Positions 28,858 to 37,283 of a stretch of 64,000 nucleotides of DNA are shown here, one piece after another (position 1 is the stretch's first letter; every line of letters starts with the position of its first letter). The position numbers were made by a program, and so were the translations under genes. Source of the DNA: a virus (taxonomy: Duplodnaviria; Heunggongvirae; Uroviricota; Caudoviricetes); IMG/VR virus record IMGVR_UViG_3300021318_000003, positions 27,496-91,495 of that record, one strand, 5' to 3'. The notes beneath the pieces are model-generated. The model worked only from the letters and a program-made list of their open reading frames with translations. It was not told where the DNA came from and did not search any database.

Positions 28858-29799
28858 TCAGTGCGCGTGACGGTCGCAGTTGTTCAGCACCATGATCTGC
28901 TGCCAGACTTCCTCGCCGAGCAAGCCCTTGAACTTTGCCTCCGTCTTCGGCGGATGGTCGGACTTCGTGACGACGAACGGAGCCATGTGCCAGCGGATCA
29001 ATAGCGCCACCATCAGCGCGTCCTCCGGCGAAAGATCGCCGGTGTAGCAGAAGCTCTCGTATGCGCCGATTCGCTCGTGATTGTAGTAGTGCGCTGTTTC
29101 GCACGGCGCGCCGTGGCTGTCGATGAACGCCTTGGTGCGTTCCTTGCCGATGTCGTGCAGCAGCGCCGCGCGGAGAAGAACGACGTCCGCTTTCGGATAC
29201 TGTTCGACCATATAACCCCACGCCGCCAAGCAGTGCTGCCCGATGGTCAGCGTGTGGTGCGGATTGTCGTGCGCAATGTTGGAGAGTGCGCATAGTTTTT
29301 CGTCGATGCAACCATCGACGTAACCGGGAACACCGTAGACCTCGATCTCGTCCCATCCCTCCGCCATCATCGGGACGTCAAATCTGCGGTACATATCGGC
29401 GATCACGCTCTCCGGCACGACGCGCTCGCGGCTCCGATTGTATGCGAGACACGTTTCATATGGCGTTGCCATGAAAACACAGACCGTTCGCAAATCCGCG
29501 ATATGCAGACCGCGCAGGCGGTGGAGAAAAGAGCGGCGATGCTTGTAGCTGATGTTCGTCGCGTCGTAAACGACATCGTTACCGGCGCGGAGGTCTTCAA
29601 AAACGCGCTTGTGAAGCGTATCGAAAACAAGCTCCTGCTGCGTCTGGTCGTTCTCGTCTCCCAAAACCTCCAGACGGATCGCGTCGCTCGAATGGATACA
29701 GAGTTTCGGCGCAAACGGGAGAGAGTCGTCGATTGAGCGCGCCATCGTCGTCTTGCCGCTTCCAGGCAAACCGACCATCATGTAAAATACCTGCGCCAT
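28858..29799 (-). CDS. polynucleotide-kinase-like P-loop kinase fused to an HD phosphohydrolase domain
   Basis: N-terminal MVGLPGSGKTT (Pnk-type Walker A); C-terminal HD-domain residues (LLHDIGK, H..H). Confidence 0.65.
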   Translation of the reverse strand: MAQVFYMMVGLPGSGKTTMARSIDDSLPFAPKLCIHSSDAIRLEVLGDENDQTQQELVFDTLHKRVFEDLRAGNDVVYDATNISYKHRRSFLHRLRGLHIADLRTVCVFMATPYETCLAYNRSRERVVPESVIADMYRRFDVPMMAEGWDEIEVYGVPGYVDGCIDEKLCALSNIAHDNPHHTLTIGQHCLAAWGYMVEQYPKADVVLLRAALLHDIGKERTKAFIDSHGAPCETAHYYNHERIGAYESFCYTGDLSPEDALMVALLIRWHMAPFVVTKSDHPPKTEAKFKGLLGEEVWQQIMVLNNCDRHAH

Positions 29800-30287
29800 C
29801 AGCTCTTGCTCCCCTCATCATCGCCGCCGTTGTCGAAGTAGTAGCGCGTGTAGACGGGGATATACTTTAGACCGAGCATCCTGGCGACGAGGTAAGCGGA
29901 GTAGCCGTCGACCAACTCGCCGGCGCTGTTGAGCGCGACGCCCGTATGGAAAGCATGATCCTTTTTGTACTCTTCGATGCGCTGTGTGATCTTCTCGGTC
30001 GCGGGAATGGTGTCCTGCATCCGAGCGGGGATCTTGATTCCGTCCATCGGGATGCTGGCATACGCAGCGTCGATCTCGGCGAGCGGGAAATGCGCTCCGT
30101 GGAGCTTGGCGATGTCCGCCGCGCCGTCGCCGGTGATCACGCCGGTCTTGACGATGCCGATTTCCTCGCCGCGCGCGGTCTTGCACATCACGCGCATCCC
30201 GCGCTTGACAACGCCGGTCAGGTGATCGGGGACGGAAAAGCAGTATTCCTTCGGGCTTCCGAAATGCTGGACAAATACGATGTTCAT
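29799..30287 (-). CDS. hypothetical protein
   Basis: start at MNIVFVQ behind an AAGGAG RBS; no motif recognised. Confidence 0.45.
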   Translation of the reverse strand: MNIVFVQHFGSPKEYCFSVPDHLTGVVKRGMRVMCKTARGEEIGIVKTGVITGDGAADIAKLHGAHFPLAEIDAAYASIPMDGIKIPARMQDTIPATEKITQRIEEYKKDHAFHTGVALNSAGELVDGYSAYLVARMLGLKYIPVYTRYYFDNGGDDEGSKS

Positions 30288-30291
30288 GGCG

Positions 30292-31110
30292 TTACTCCTT
30301 TTCGTTTTGAATTTCACTGAGAAAGTTCTTTTTGAACAGGTCGACAAGAGTTGCGTTGAGGATTTCATCAACGCCACGGTCGATTTTCGGCGTGTGGAAA
30401 TCCATATACGAGTCCTTAACGAGCGTCATCCTGCCGACCGCATCATTGGCAAGCACAACGGCCGTGCTCTCGTCCTTCGCTCCGTTCACCTTGACGTCGA
30501 GCAGCCAGTCGGCACGTTTGGAGATCAGGCAGTCCTCGTATGGAACGCCGTCCATCCAGCGATCCATAAATTCCTCCAGACGGAGGATATGATGGAGCTG
30601 CTTGGGATCGTAGCCGAATTTCTTGATCTTATCCATCGTCGCCGGATACGGATGACAGAGAGCTTTCTGCTTTTCGAGCGCCATGCCGACCATGCAGTTG
30701 AGCGCGGCGAAGTCGTTGTAATGGCCGATGCGCTCGCGCGCATCCAGAACCGGCTTGAAAAGCGCCTCGTACTTCGGATTTAGGATGCGGTACTTCGTGA
30801 ACAGGATCTCGACGAAGTTGATATTCTGCTTGCGGAAGCAGTCATACATAAGGCGAATGTCCTTGACGTCAACGTGCTCGTCGTTCTCCATGATGTGCGT
30901 ATAGCTGTGCGGCTTGCGGTTGAGAACGAAGTCCTCGAATGTCGGAAGGACGATGAGTTTGGAGTCGACATCGCTTCCCTCATAGTCCAGCTTGTAATTC
31001 TGCGAGCCTTGCAGGAAAATGCCGACGTATTCGGGATGCTTGTCTTTTACGGCATCGAGGTGTTCGCGCAGCCGCGCCATGATTACGGCATCATGCTCAA
31101 GCTCCGTCAC
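30292..31110 (-). CDS. Pol-beta superfamily nucleotidyltransferase
   Basis: GSQNYKLDYEGSDVDS fits the GS-x10-DxD NTase signature. Confidence 0.55.
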   Translation of the reverse strand: MTELEHDAVIMARLREHLDAVKDKHPEYVGIFLQGSQNYKLDYEGSDVDSKLIVLPTFEDFVLNRKPHSYTHIMENDEHVDVKDIRLMYDCFRKQNINFVEILFTKYRILNPKYEALFKPVLDARERIGHYNDFAALNCMVGMALEKQKALCHPYPATMDKIKKFGYDPKQLHHILRLEEFMDRWMDGVPYEDCLISKRADWLLDVKVNGAKDESTAVVLANDAVGRMTLVKDSYMDFHTPKIDRGVDEILNATLVDLFKKNFLSEIQNEKE

Positions 31111-32546
31111 GATTCCTCACCGCTTTCCGTGACAAGCTCCTGCGCCTCCTCCATGTCCGGCGCGGCGGCGACGTCCTTCGCCAACCCCTCCAGAACCTTA
31201 AAGGAGAAATTCTTGATTTTGTACGCCGCGAACTTCGGGCGATCCACGATGCGGACGACAACGCCCTCGCGAACGTGTGTCTTGCCGACCGGATCAGCGC
31301 CGTCGTAGAATCGCTCTGCAATCTCTTTGATGTATTCACCGGCGCTGCACTCTTCTTCGCGGAAGGTAAGACCATCTTCGTTGGACGAATAACGCTTCGG
31401 CGTTTCCGGAATATATCCCTTCCAAAGAACCGGTACGCACTTGACGCCCATCTGCTTGCAGCGGTAGCGGACGAAATCGGGCGGATACTCCACCACGTCG
31501 CCGTCCTCGTTGGTCATGGTCATGCGGTAGACGTAGAGGTCAGACTGCGGAACGTGGCGCGTCATCACGCCGCCGCCCTCGGCGGGAACCAGCTCGTCGC
31601 GCCCCTTAACGTCGCAGCCGTAAGAGAAGGTCGTCGTTTTTCCGTACTGTCTGGAAAACTCCTTGTCGCCGTTGGCCTGATCGACTTTCTTGTTGTCAAC
31701 GCTCGCCATGATGGGCTTGCCGTCCGTCGTGAAGCCGACGACCTCATAGTAGACCGTCTCGCCCTTGTGCAGCTTGCCCTCGAAAGCCTTGCTGTGCTCC
31801 TCGCGGAAGGTGTTGTTGCCGTACCAGCCGCCCTCGTAGTTTTCCAGAACCGTGCGGCGCGTGCCGGAGACGTAACCCCAGTCGTAGACGGGCGTTCCGT
31901 CGCGGCGCAGGAGCTTGTCGAGAAGCGTGCGCCTGTAGCCTTTGAACGTCGGAAGGTAGCCGGTGCGCTGAGACGTACCGTGCATCTTGAGCGTGATCTC
32001 CACCAGATCGCCCGGATAGAACGCGGAGAGGTTGTAGGCAAGCTGCTCCGTATCGGCGTGCTCGGCGAAGAGCGGCGCGATCGGCGCGCGCTTCTTTCTG
32101 GTGCGGTTGCCTCCGCCGCCAGCGCTTCCGCCGCGACGGTTGACGGCTGGGATGTACTTCTCGCAGATGGTGACGCCGCCGAGCATTGTGATCTGGTCGC
32201 CCTCCTTGAGCTTGGATACGTCCGTGAACTTCGCGAGACTCCGCAGCGGCATGAACAGCCCATCGCTCTTCTCGCCACGCAGCTTGAGCGCCTTGATGTT
32301 GCGCCTGTCGGGATCGAGATAGCCGCCGGCGGGCTTTCCGTTCTCGTCCTTGCGGCGCAGCAGGTCGTTTTCGGTCGCGTATTCCAGGCCGAGCTTTCCG
32401 TCAACGGGGAAGTACACGCCCAGCTCATCCGGCTGCGTCTTCAGATCGACGATGACGGTGTTGCCGAAGCACTCACCACACTGGAGCCGATCCGCGTTGC
32501 TGTGCTTGCGCAGGTTTTCGATTCTCGTGATGTAACCGCAGTACAT
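31107..32546 (-). CDS. ATP-dependent RNA ligase, Rnl2-like
   Basis: ITLKMHGTS resembles the Rnl2 motif I KxHGxN (lysine nucleophile); 479 aa with extra N- and C-terminal domains. Confidence 0.5.
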   Translation of the reverse strand: MYCGYITRIENLRKHSNADRLQCGECFGNTVIVDLKTQPDELGVYFPVDGKLGLEYATENDLLRRKDENGKPAGGYLDPDRRNIKALKLRGEKSDGLFMPLRSLAKFTDVSKLKEGDQITMLGGVTICEKYIPAVNRRGGSAGGGGNRTRKKRAPIAPLFAEHADTEQLAYNLSAFYPGDLVEITLKMHGTSQRTGYLPTFKGYRRTLLDKLLRRDGTPVYDWGYVSGTRRTVLENYEGGWYGNNTFREEHSKAFEGKLHKGETVYYEVVGFTTDGKPIMASVDNKKVDQANGDKEFSRQYGKTTTFSYGCDVKGRDELVPAEGGGVMTRHVPQSDLYVYRMTMTNEDGDVVEYPPDFVRYRCKQMGVKCVPVLWKGYIPETPKRYSSNEDGLTFREEECSAGEYIKEIAERFYDGADPVGKTHVREGVVVRIVDRPKFAAYKIKNFSFKVLEGLAKDVAAAPDMEEAQELVTESGEES

Positions 32547-32554
32547 GATTCCAC

Positions 32555-32584
32555 TCCTTTATAAATTATTGTCTTGCTTATCGA
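32555..32584 (-). promoter_or_regulatory. motif-A element (copy 1 of a tandem pair)
   Basis: ctcctttataaattattgtcttgcttatcg upstream of the Rnl2-like gene. Confidence 0.4.
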
Positions 32585-32586
32585 AA

Positions 32587-32618
32587 AGGCAGAAAGCGCC
32601 GAGAAACACTTTCTGCCT
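32587..32618 (-). other. perfect 10-bp-stem hairpin between tandem motif-A copies
   Basis: aggcagaaag-N12-ctttctgcct. Confidence 0.5.
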
Positions 32619-32623
32619 ACGAT

Positions 32624-32646
32624 TATAAATTATTGTCTTGCTTTTG
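32624..32646 (-). promoter_or_regulatory. motif-A element (copy 2 of the tandem pair)
   Basis: tataaattattgtcttgcttttg immediately downstream of the cysteine desulfurase stop. Confidence 0.4.
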
Positions 32647-33795
32647 TCAAGACATTTTCAGAATTTTTTGCGAAATCTCCGCGATTTTTTCCGCAGCGAC
32701 CACCATGTCCGCCGCGTTTGTGGTAGCGCCGAGGGAAATGCGTACCGTACAGGCCGCTTCTTCCTCCGGCATCCCGATCGCCTTGAGCACATGGGAGATA
32801 CCGGAGCCGGATGAGCACGCCGAGCCTGCGGAAACGCAGACGCCCTCCATATCCAGCCGCAGCAGAAGCGCCTCGCTGTGAACGCCGAAGAGTGTGAGAC
32901 TGATGATGTTGTCGATGTGCGGCGCATCATCGCAGTTGACGCGAAACAGAGCAGAGCCGCGAAGCTGATTGGCAAGGCGGCGCAGGAAGATGTCGCGCAG
33001 CGCTGCGTACTTTTCCATCTGTACGGACAGACTTTTCGTGACGATTTCCGCAGCTATTCCAAGCCCGACGATTGCGGGTACATTCGGTGTTCCGCCGCGC
33101 ATCCCGCGCTCCTGTCCGCCGCCGAAAATCAGAGGATTCTTGTGAATTTTGCTGTCGATATAGAGGAAGCCTGAGCCGAGCGGTGCGCCGAACTTGTGAC
33201 CTGACGCCGAAAGCATATCCACATGGCACTTTTTGACGTCGATCGGCGTATGACCGGCAGCCGCCACCGCATCCGAGTGGAGCGGGATACCATGCGTTTT
33301 GCAAACCGCTCCGATTTTCTCCATCGGATTGATGGTTCCCAGCTCGTTGTTCACCCACATGACGGACGCCGCGCCGATACGATGCGGCATATCGTTGCGA
33401 AGTATCTCAAAATCCAGCCATTTCGGATCAACGCAGCCGTTTTGCGCGATGTCCAGAGCGATGTATGGCACGCCGAACGCGCCGCGTCCATAATGCTCCA
33501 GCGGCTCCGTTACAGAGTGGTGCTCCGCCTTGGTTGTGACGACCGTGCCACATACGTTGGCGAGCCAAGCGTTGTTGGACTCCGTGCCGCCGGAGGTGAA
33601 GAAGATTTCCGAGGCGTCCGCATTTATCATCGCCGCCACCTGCTCACGGGCGCGCTCGATCGCTTTGCTCGCCGCGACGCCCTGCGAATGGATGCTGGAC
33701 GGATTGCCGATGTTTTCCGCGCAGTACCACGGCAGCATCGCCTCCAAAACGCGCGGATCGACCGGCGTGGTCGCCGCGTGGTCAAGATAGATCAT
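32647..33795 (-). CDS. cysteine desulfurase (NifS/IscS-like, class V aminotransferase)
   Basis: PLP-lysine SASGHKFGAPLGSGF and catalytic-Cys loop SAGSACSSGS. Confidence 0.85.
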   Translation of the reverse strand: MIYLDHAATTPVDPRVLEAMLPWYCAENIGNPSSIHSQGVAASKAIERAREQVAAMINADASEIFFTSGGTESNNAWLANVCGTVVTTKAEHHSVTEPLEHYGRGAFGVPYIALDIAQNGCVDPKWLDFEILRNDMPHRIGAASVMWVNNELGTINPMEKIGAVCKTHGIPLHSDAVAAAGHTPIDVKKCHVDMLSASGHKFGAPLGSGFLYIDSKIHKNPLIFGGGQERGMRGGTPNVPAIVGLGIAAEIVTKSLSVQMEKYAALRDIFLRRLANQLRGSALFRVNCDDAPHIDNIISLTLFGVHSEALLLRLDMEGVCVSAGSACSSGSGISHVLKAIGMPEEEAACTVRISLGATTNAADMVVAAEKIAEISQKILKMS

Positions 33796-33797
33796 CG

Positions 33798-34148
33798 TTA
33801 TGCCCTCCTGTTCCAGGCGTCTGCGGCCTGCTTGAAAAGCTGCGCGTCATTTTCAATGTTGTTTCGCGACTCGTTCTCGTTCACATGGCGCAAGACGCGC
33901 GATCCGTAGCAGTGGCAGCTATTGCAGTACAACGATGCGTGATAGATCCGCTCAAAATTGGATTGAGCGGTCTTGACCGAAAACTTAATATTTTTGCTAC
34001 CACAGAACGGGCAAGGATTTAAGCCGTTGCTCGCTCCGCCGATAGTGGACATGAGATCACACTGACCGTTAGAGTCAATGCTGACATACGAATCCGATAC
34101 GCAGTATCCATTTTCATAGTTACTGCAATTTGCGACTTCACATCTCAT
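33798..34148 (-). CDS. Lar-like zinc-ribbon protein (possible restriction alleviation)
   Basis: NPCPFCGSKNIKF...YCNSCHCYG resembles the Lar family. Confidence 0.45.
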   Translation of the reverse strand: MRCEVANCSNYENGYCVSDSYVSIDSNGQCDLMSTIGGASNGLNPCPFCGSKNIKFSVKTAQSNFERIYHASLYCNSCHCYGSRVLRHVNENESRNNIENDAQLFKQAADAWNRRA

Positions 34149-34290
34149 GGATAACTACTCCTTGTTTTGTTTTGCGGACTCACCGGAATTGCACCGGAGC
34201 ACCTGCGTTCTGCACCCACAGGCGTGACGCTTATCCGCGATGTCGTCATATATACCTTAGAAAGGGAGGAACCGCACTATGTCGGCTCGT

Positions 34291-34360
34291 GCTGAGAAGC
34301 GGGACTCGAACCCGCAGACCGCGAATATGGCTCGCTGCCCGTCCTTCGGGCTGTTCCCAG
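34291..34360 (-). tRNA. possible degenerate tRNA-like element (candidate anticodon CAU)
   Basis: clear T-arm GCGGG-TTCGAGT-CCCGC; acceptor CTGGGAA/TTCTCAG with one G-U; D-arm GCCC/GGGC; anticodon stem has an A-G mismatch and C33; no encoded CCA. Confidence 0.3.
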
Positions 34361-34439
34361 CATACTGCCGCACTTACGCGGCTGTAGCGGTCTTTCCCGC
34401 CGTCAAAAGGAGAACCAGTTGCCGTCCACCACAAACGGC

Positions 34440-34528
34440 TGGCGGAAGGGGAGGGGATCGAACCCTCGCGCCGCTTTCGCGACCTAATGACGTAGCAGGT
34501 CATCCTCTTACCACTTGAGTACCCTTCC
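34440..34528 (-). tRNA. tRNA-Ser (anticodon GCU)
   Basis: acceptor GGAAGGG/CCCTTCC plus encoded GCCA; anticodon stem-loop ATGAC-CTGCTAC-GTCAT; long variable arm (type II); T-arm GAGGG-TTCGATC-CCCTC. Confidence 0.75.
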
Positions 34529-34529
34529 A

Positions 34530-34929
34530 TTATAACTGGACGATGTATTTTGAATAATCCGGCACGTTTTTTCCGGCAAATTTGCTCTTGCGCTTCCCAA
34601 GATCCAGAACTGATTTATTCTTGATCTCATCAGTTGGAATCAGATACATTGTTCCATCTCCGCACAAGCAGAAAAGCAGATCGACATTTGTATCTTTAAC
34701 CGTTCTCATCGCTTTTCTTGTTGTGCCGCTGATTGTTCGTAACGAAAGAGCATATACGTCGTTGTAAATAACATTGTTTGTTGCTTTTACTTGGACTCGT
34801 GATAAAACATCATCTTTATCAACAATTAAATCGTACGGTTGTGTATCGTTTAACGGGACAGATACCGTATAGCCATTCGATCCAAAATATGCTATTGCAA
34901 CCGACAAACCAGCATTTCCAATATCGCGT
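34530..34929 (-). CDS. PD-(D/E)XK-type nuclease-like protein
   Basis: PYDLIVDKDDVLSRVQVK fits D-x(n)-D/E-x-K; probable TTG start behind AAGGAG; lies between the RT and tRNA-Ser. Confidence 0.45.
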
Positions 34930-34957
34930 TTTGTATCAAGTTTCAAAAAAACACTCC

Positions 34958-35650
34958 TTAAAACAATGACTCTACATACCGATCCATGTCCGTCACGAGC
35001 TTGTGGCAGTTGCCGTGCAATGCGTGGTTTTTCCACGAGGCGTACTTCTCGTCGAATTTCTCGCGCGTCATTCGACCGTCGCGCACGAGCTTCGCATATT
35101 TGCGAAGACGCCGCTTGATCTGGCGCTTGTTGTCGCCGGTGAGCTTGCGGATGACCTTGCCGTCCTCCGTGAGATAGCTGTGAAAGCCGAGAAAGCGGAC
35201 GCCCTGCCGTATTGGTACGATCTCTGTCTTGCCGTTGAGCGTCAGGCGAAGCTCGGCAAGATACGCCCTAATCTCAGCGAGACATTTTTCCAGGTATTCC
35301 TTGTCTTCCGCGATCAAATAGAAATCGTCCATATATCTCCCGTAATATCGGCAGCCAAGCTCCTCCGTGATGAAATAGAAGCTCAGCAGGCTTTCCGAAA
35401 GACGATCCAATCCGAACAAGGTTCCCTTGCCTGTTTGACCGGCGTAGTTGTCGAGGAGAAAACACTCACGCAGCTTCGGCAGCAACACGCAGTCGCACAG
35501 GCAATGCTGGAGAACCTTGTCGCGGAACGTACCTGACCGGACGATCCTTCGTTTCGGCTCGGAGACGATAAACTCGGTGTACGCGCCAACGCGGTAGGTG
35601 CGCTCCTCCAACTGGCGCTTCATAACGCACAGATTTTCGAGAGCCAGCAC
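34958..35650 (-). CDS. DGR-type reverse transcriptase with internal deletion of motifs 3-4
   Basis: EPKRRIVRSGTFRDKVLQHCL (motifs 1-2), NYAGQTGKGT, RYMDDFY (motif 5), GVRFLGF (motif 7); only about 20 aa between motif 2 and YMDD, where canonical DGR RTs have about 90. Confidence 0.75.
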   Translation of the reverse strand: MLALENLCVMKRQLEERTYRVGAYTEFIVSEPKRRIVRSGTFRDKVLQHCLCDCVLLPKLRECFLLDNYAGQTGKGTLFGLDRLSESLLSFYFITEELGCRYYGRYMDDFYLIAEDKEYLEKCLAEIRAYLAELRLTLNGKTEIVPIRQGVRFLGFHSYLTEDGKVIRKLTGDNKRQIKRRLRKYAKLVRDGRMTREKFDEKYASWKNHALHGNCHKLVTDMDRYVESLF

Positions 35651-35862
35651 ATTGAACCGCTGCGCGCTGCGTTTCTTCCCCTTGCCTTTGCAAGCGACCT
35701 GATACGACCGGAACAGATTTCCAAAATCGACCAGCCTTTCAAAATCGCTTGCGTCATTTGTGTTTGTCCCGCCAGAGGCGAGAGAGGTCGTATGCTCTTT
35801 TGACAGTATGGCGCACTCCTTTTAGCCGCTGAAGCAGCTTATAGACCTCGCTGATCCACCAG

Positions 35863-35942
35863 AACGGGCGAACGTCGTTGCTGTAGTCACAGTCGTTCCA
35901 GTTCAGGATACCATTGGAGTTGACGTAGCAGACGTTGCGAGC
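35863..35942 (-). repeat. DGR template repeat (TR)
   Basis: about 80 nt; matches VR1 and VR2 except at TR adenines on the coding strand; the 3' boundary sequence differs from the VRs (no IMH). Confidence 0.8.
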
Positions 35943-35972
35943 ATCAGCATACAGCCTAAAGGATTCGTCCGG

Positions 35973-36338
35973 TCAGGTCTTCCGCCAAGCGAGCGTCATG
36001 TATTTGACGTCGTGGGCTAAGGAAGTCCACGTTTCGCCCGTCGCAGCGCTGATGAGATGAGCGTGGAGGCTGTATTTCACAAGGCTTAGAAATTTATTGC
36101 AATGGGTGATCGCGCTCGTTTGGTAGTCGAAGCGCTTTTGCCGCTGAGACGGCGAATCGTTGCGGAAGGAATTTGCATCCATCACATCGCTGTGAATGTT
36201 CAGCGCGTACTTCTGGAGCGTATCGGCCAGACGACGAAACTTGACAGGATAGTGTTGCCGGCTCGTCGTCAGGTCGAAGACGCTGAAATACAGAGCTTCC
36301 GCTTTGTCGCCGATGTCAAATTTGACCTCTTCGCTCAT
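35973..36338 (-). CDS. Avd-like accessory variability determinant candidate
   Basis: 121-aa basic ORF sitting exactly between VR1 and TR, as in canonical DGR cassettes; no motif support. Confidence 0.4.
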   Translation of the reverse strand: MSEEVKFDIGDKAEALYFSVFDLTTSRQHYPVKFRRLADTLQKYALNIHSDVMDANSFRNDSPSQRQKRFDYQTSAITHCNKFLSLVKYSLHAHLISAATGETWTSLAHDVKYMTLAWRKT

Positions 36339-36347
36339 CGCCGAGTA

Positions 36348-36959
36348 TCAAGATACGAAGATCGAAGAGTCCAAAACGCAAAACGGGCGAACGCCGTAGC
36401 TGTAGCCACAGCCGTTCCAGCCCAGGATACCACCGGAGTTGACGCAGCAGACGCCGCGAGCGTATCCGGTGCTCTCATCGTGCGTCACTCTGGTAGCCGT
36501 CCACCAGGGCGAACCCATCGCCGGAAGATACTCGCGATAGCGGCGGTAGAGATCGGTCGTGAGAAGGGAAACATGGTCGCGGACGGAGAGCTTTTTGCCC
36601 GTTCCGTCGTCGGCGACGAGCTTGACGGTGTGCTCCACGATGTTGCTTGCGCCGACTGCCTTGGAAAGCTCCTTATAGAAGGTATCGTTGAGATAGCGGC
36701 GCACGTCGCTCTTTGCGTAGTCGCCGCCGCCGGCGTAGTCCATCGTTTTGATGGAATCCTTGGCGAGTACGGCCGTCGTGGTCGCGCTGTGCTCCAGGAC
36801 ATAGAACTCGCGGTCGCCGAGCTTCACGATCTCACCGCACTTGACCTCGCCGAGCGTGCGGCGCGGCTGCTCGGACAGGGTAACGGTGATGTCGCCGTTG
36901 TCGTGCTCCTTGACGTCGACCTTGACGTTGGGAAACTCATTTTTGATCTTGATCTGCAT
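36348..36959 (-). CDS. DGR target protein 1 (C-type-lectin-like variable C-terminus)
   Basis: C-terminus WWTATRVTHDESTGYARGVCCVNSGGILGWNGCGYSYGVRPFCVLDSS; VR1 covers the last about 27 codons. Confidence 0.8.
   Translation of the reverse strand: MQIKIKNEFPNVKVDVKEHDNGDITVTLSEQPRRTLGEVKCGEIVKLGDREFYVLEHSATTTAVLAKDSIKTMDYAGGGDYAKSDVRRYLNDTFYKELSKAVGASNIVEHTVKLVADDGTGKKLSVRDHVSLLTTDLYRRYREYLPAMGSPWWTATRVTHDESTGYARGVCCVNSGGILGWNGCGYSYGVRPFCVLDSSIFVS
36383..36461 (-). repeat. DGR variable repeat VR1
   Basis: TR AAC, AAT, GAC and TAC codons become GGC, GGT, GGC, TGC and TAC here; 11 of 19 TR adenines substituted and no other changes. Confidence 0.8.
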
Positions 36960-37270
36960 TATGCGTTCTCCTTTTCCGGCGCTTCGTCCGCGTCATCCAC
37001 GGACAGGAGCTTGGTGAAGTTGGCGATGATCGCCGCGTTGTGCTTCTGGTTGCGGGCGAGCTTGTCGCGTGTCTCCAAAAGCTGCGCGGTGTAGGTCTCA
37101 ATCTCCGTCACGGTGTCGTCGATCTCCTGGTTGATGAGTTCCAGACTGGAAATGGTGCGGGAGACCATCTCGACCGCGCGGTCGGCCTGCGCCGTAAGCT
37201 CGCCGAGGCGATTCTGCTTGGCGCGCAGAATGTCGGACTGCTGATTGGACATAGCGTGCGTTTTCTTCAT
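36959..37270 (-). CDS. hypothetical coiled-coil protein
   Basis: 103-aa ORF. Confidence 0.45.
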   Translation of the reverse strand: MKKTHAMSNQQSDILRAKQNRLGELTAQADRAVEMVSRTISSLELINQEIDDTVTEIETYTAQLLETRDKLARNQKHNAAIIANFTKLLSVDDADEAPEKENA

Positions 37271-37283
37271 GCCGTTTTCCTCC

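Noticed and set aside
34958-35650. Reading the RT plus adjacent nuclease as a retron (RT with PD-(D/E)XK effector)
   Set aside because: The adenine-specific TR/VR pattern with two VRs, the Avd-sized ORF and the lectin-fold targets fit a DGR. No msr/msd-like inverted-repeat ncRNA was evident upstream of the RT.
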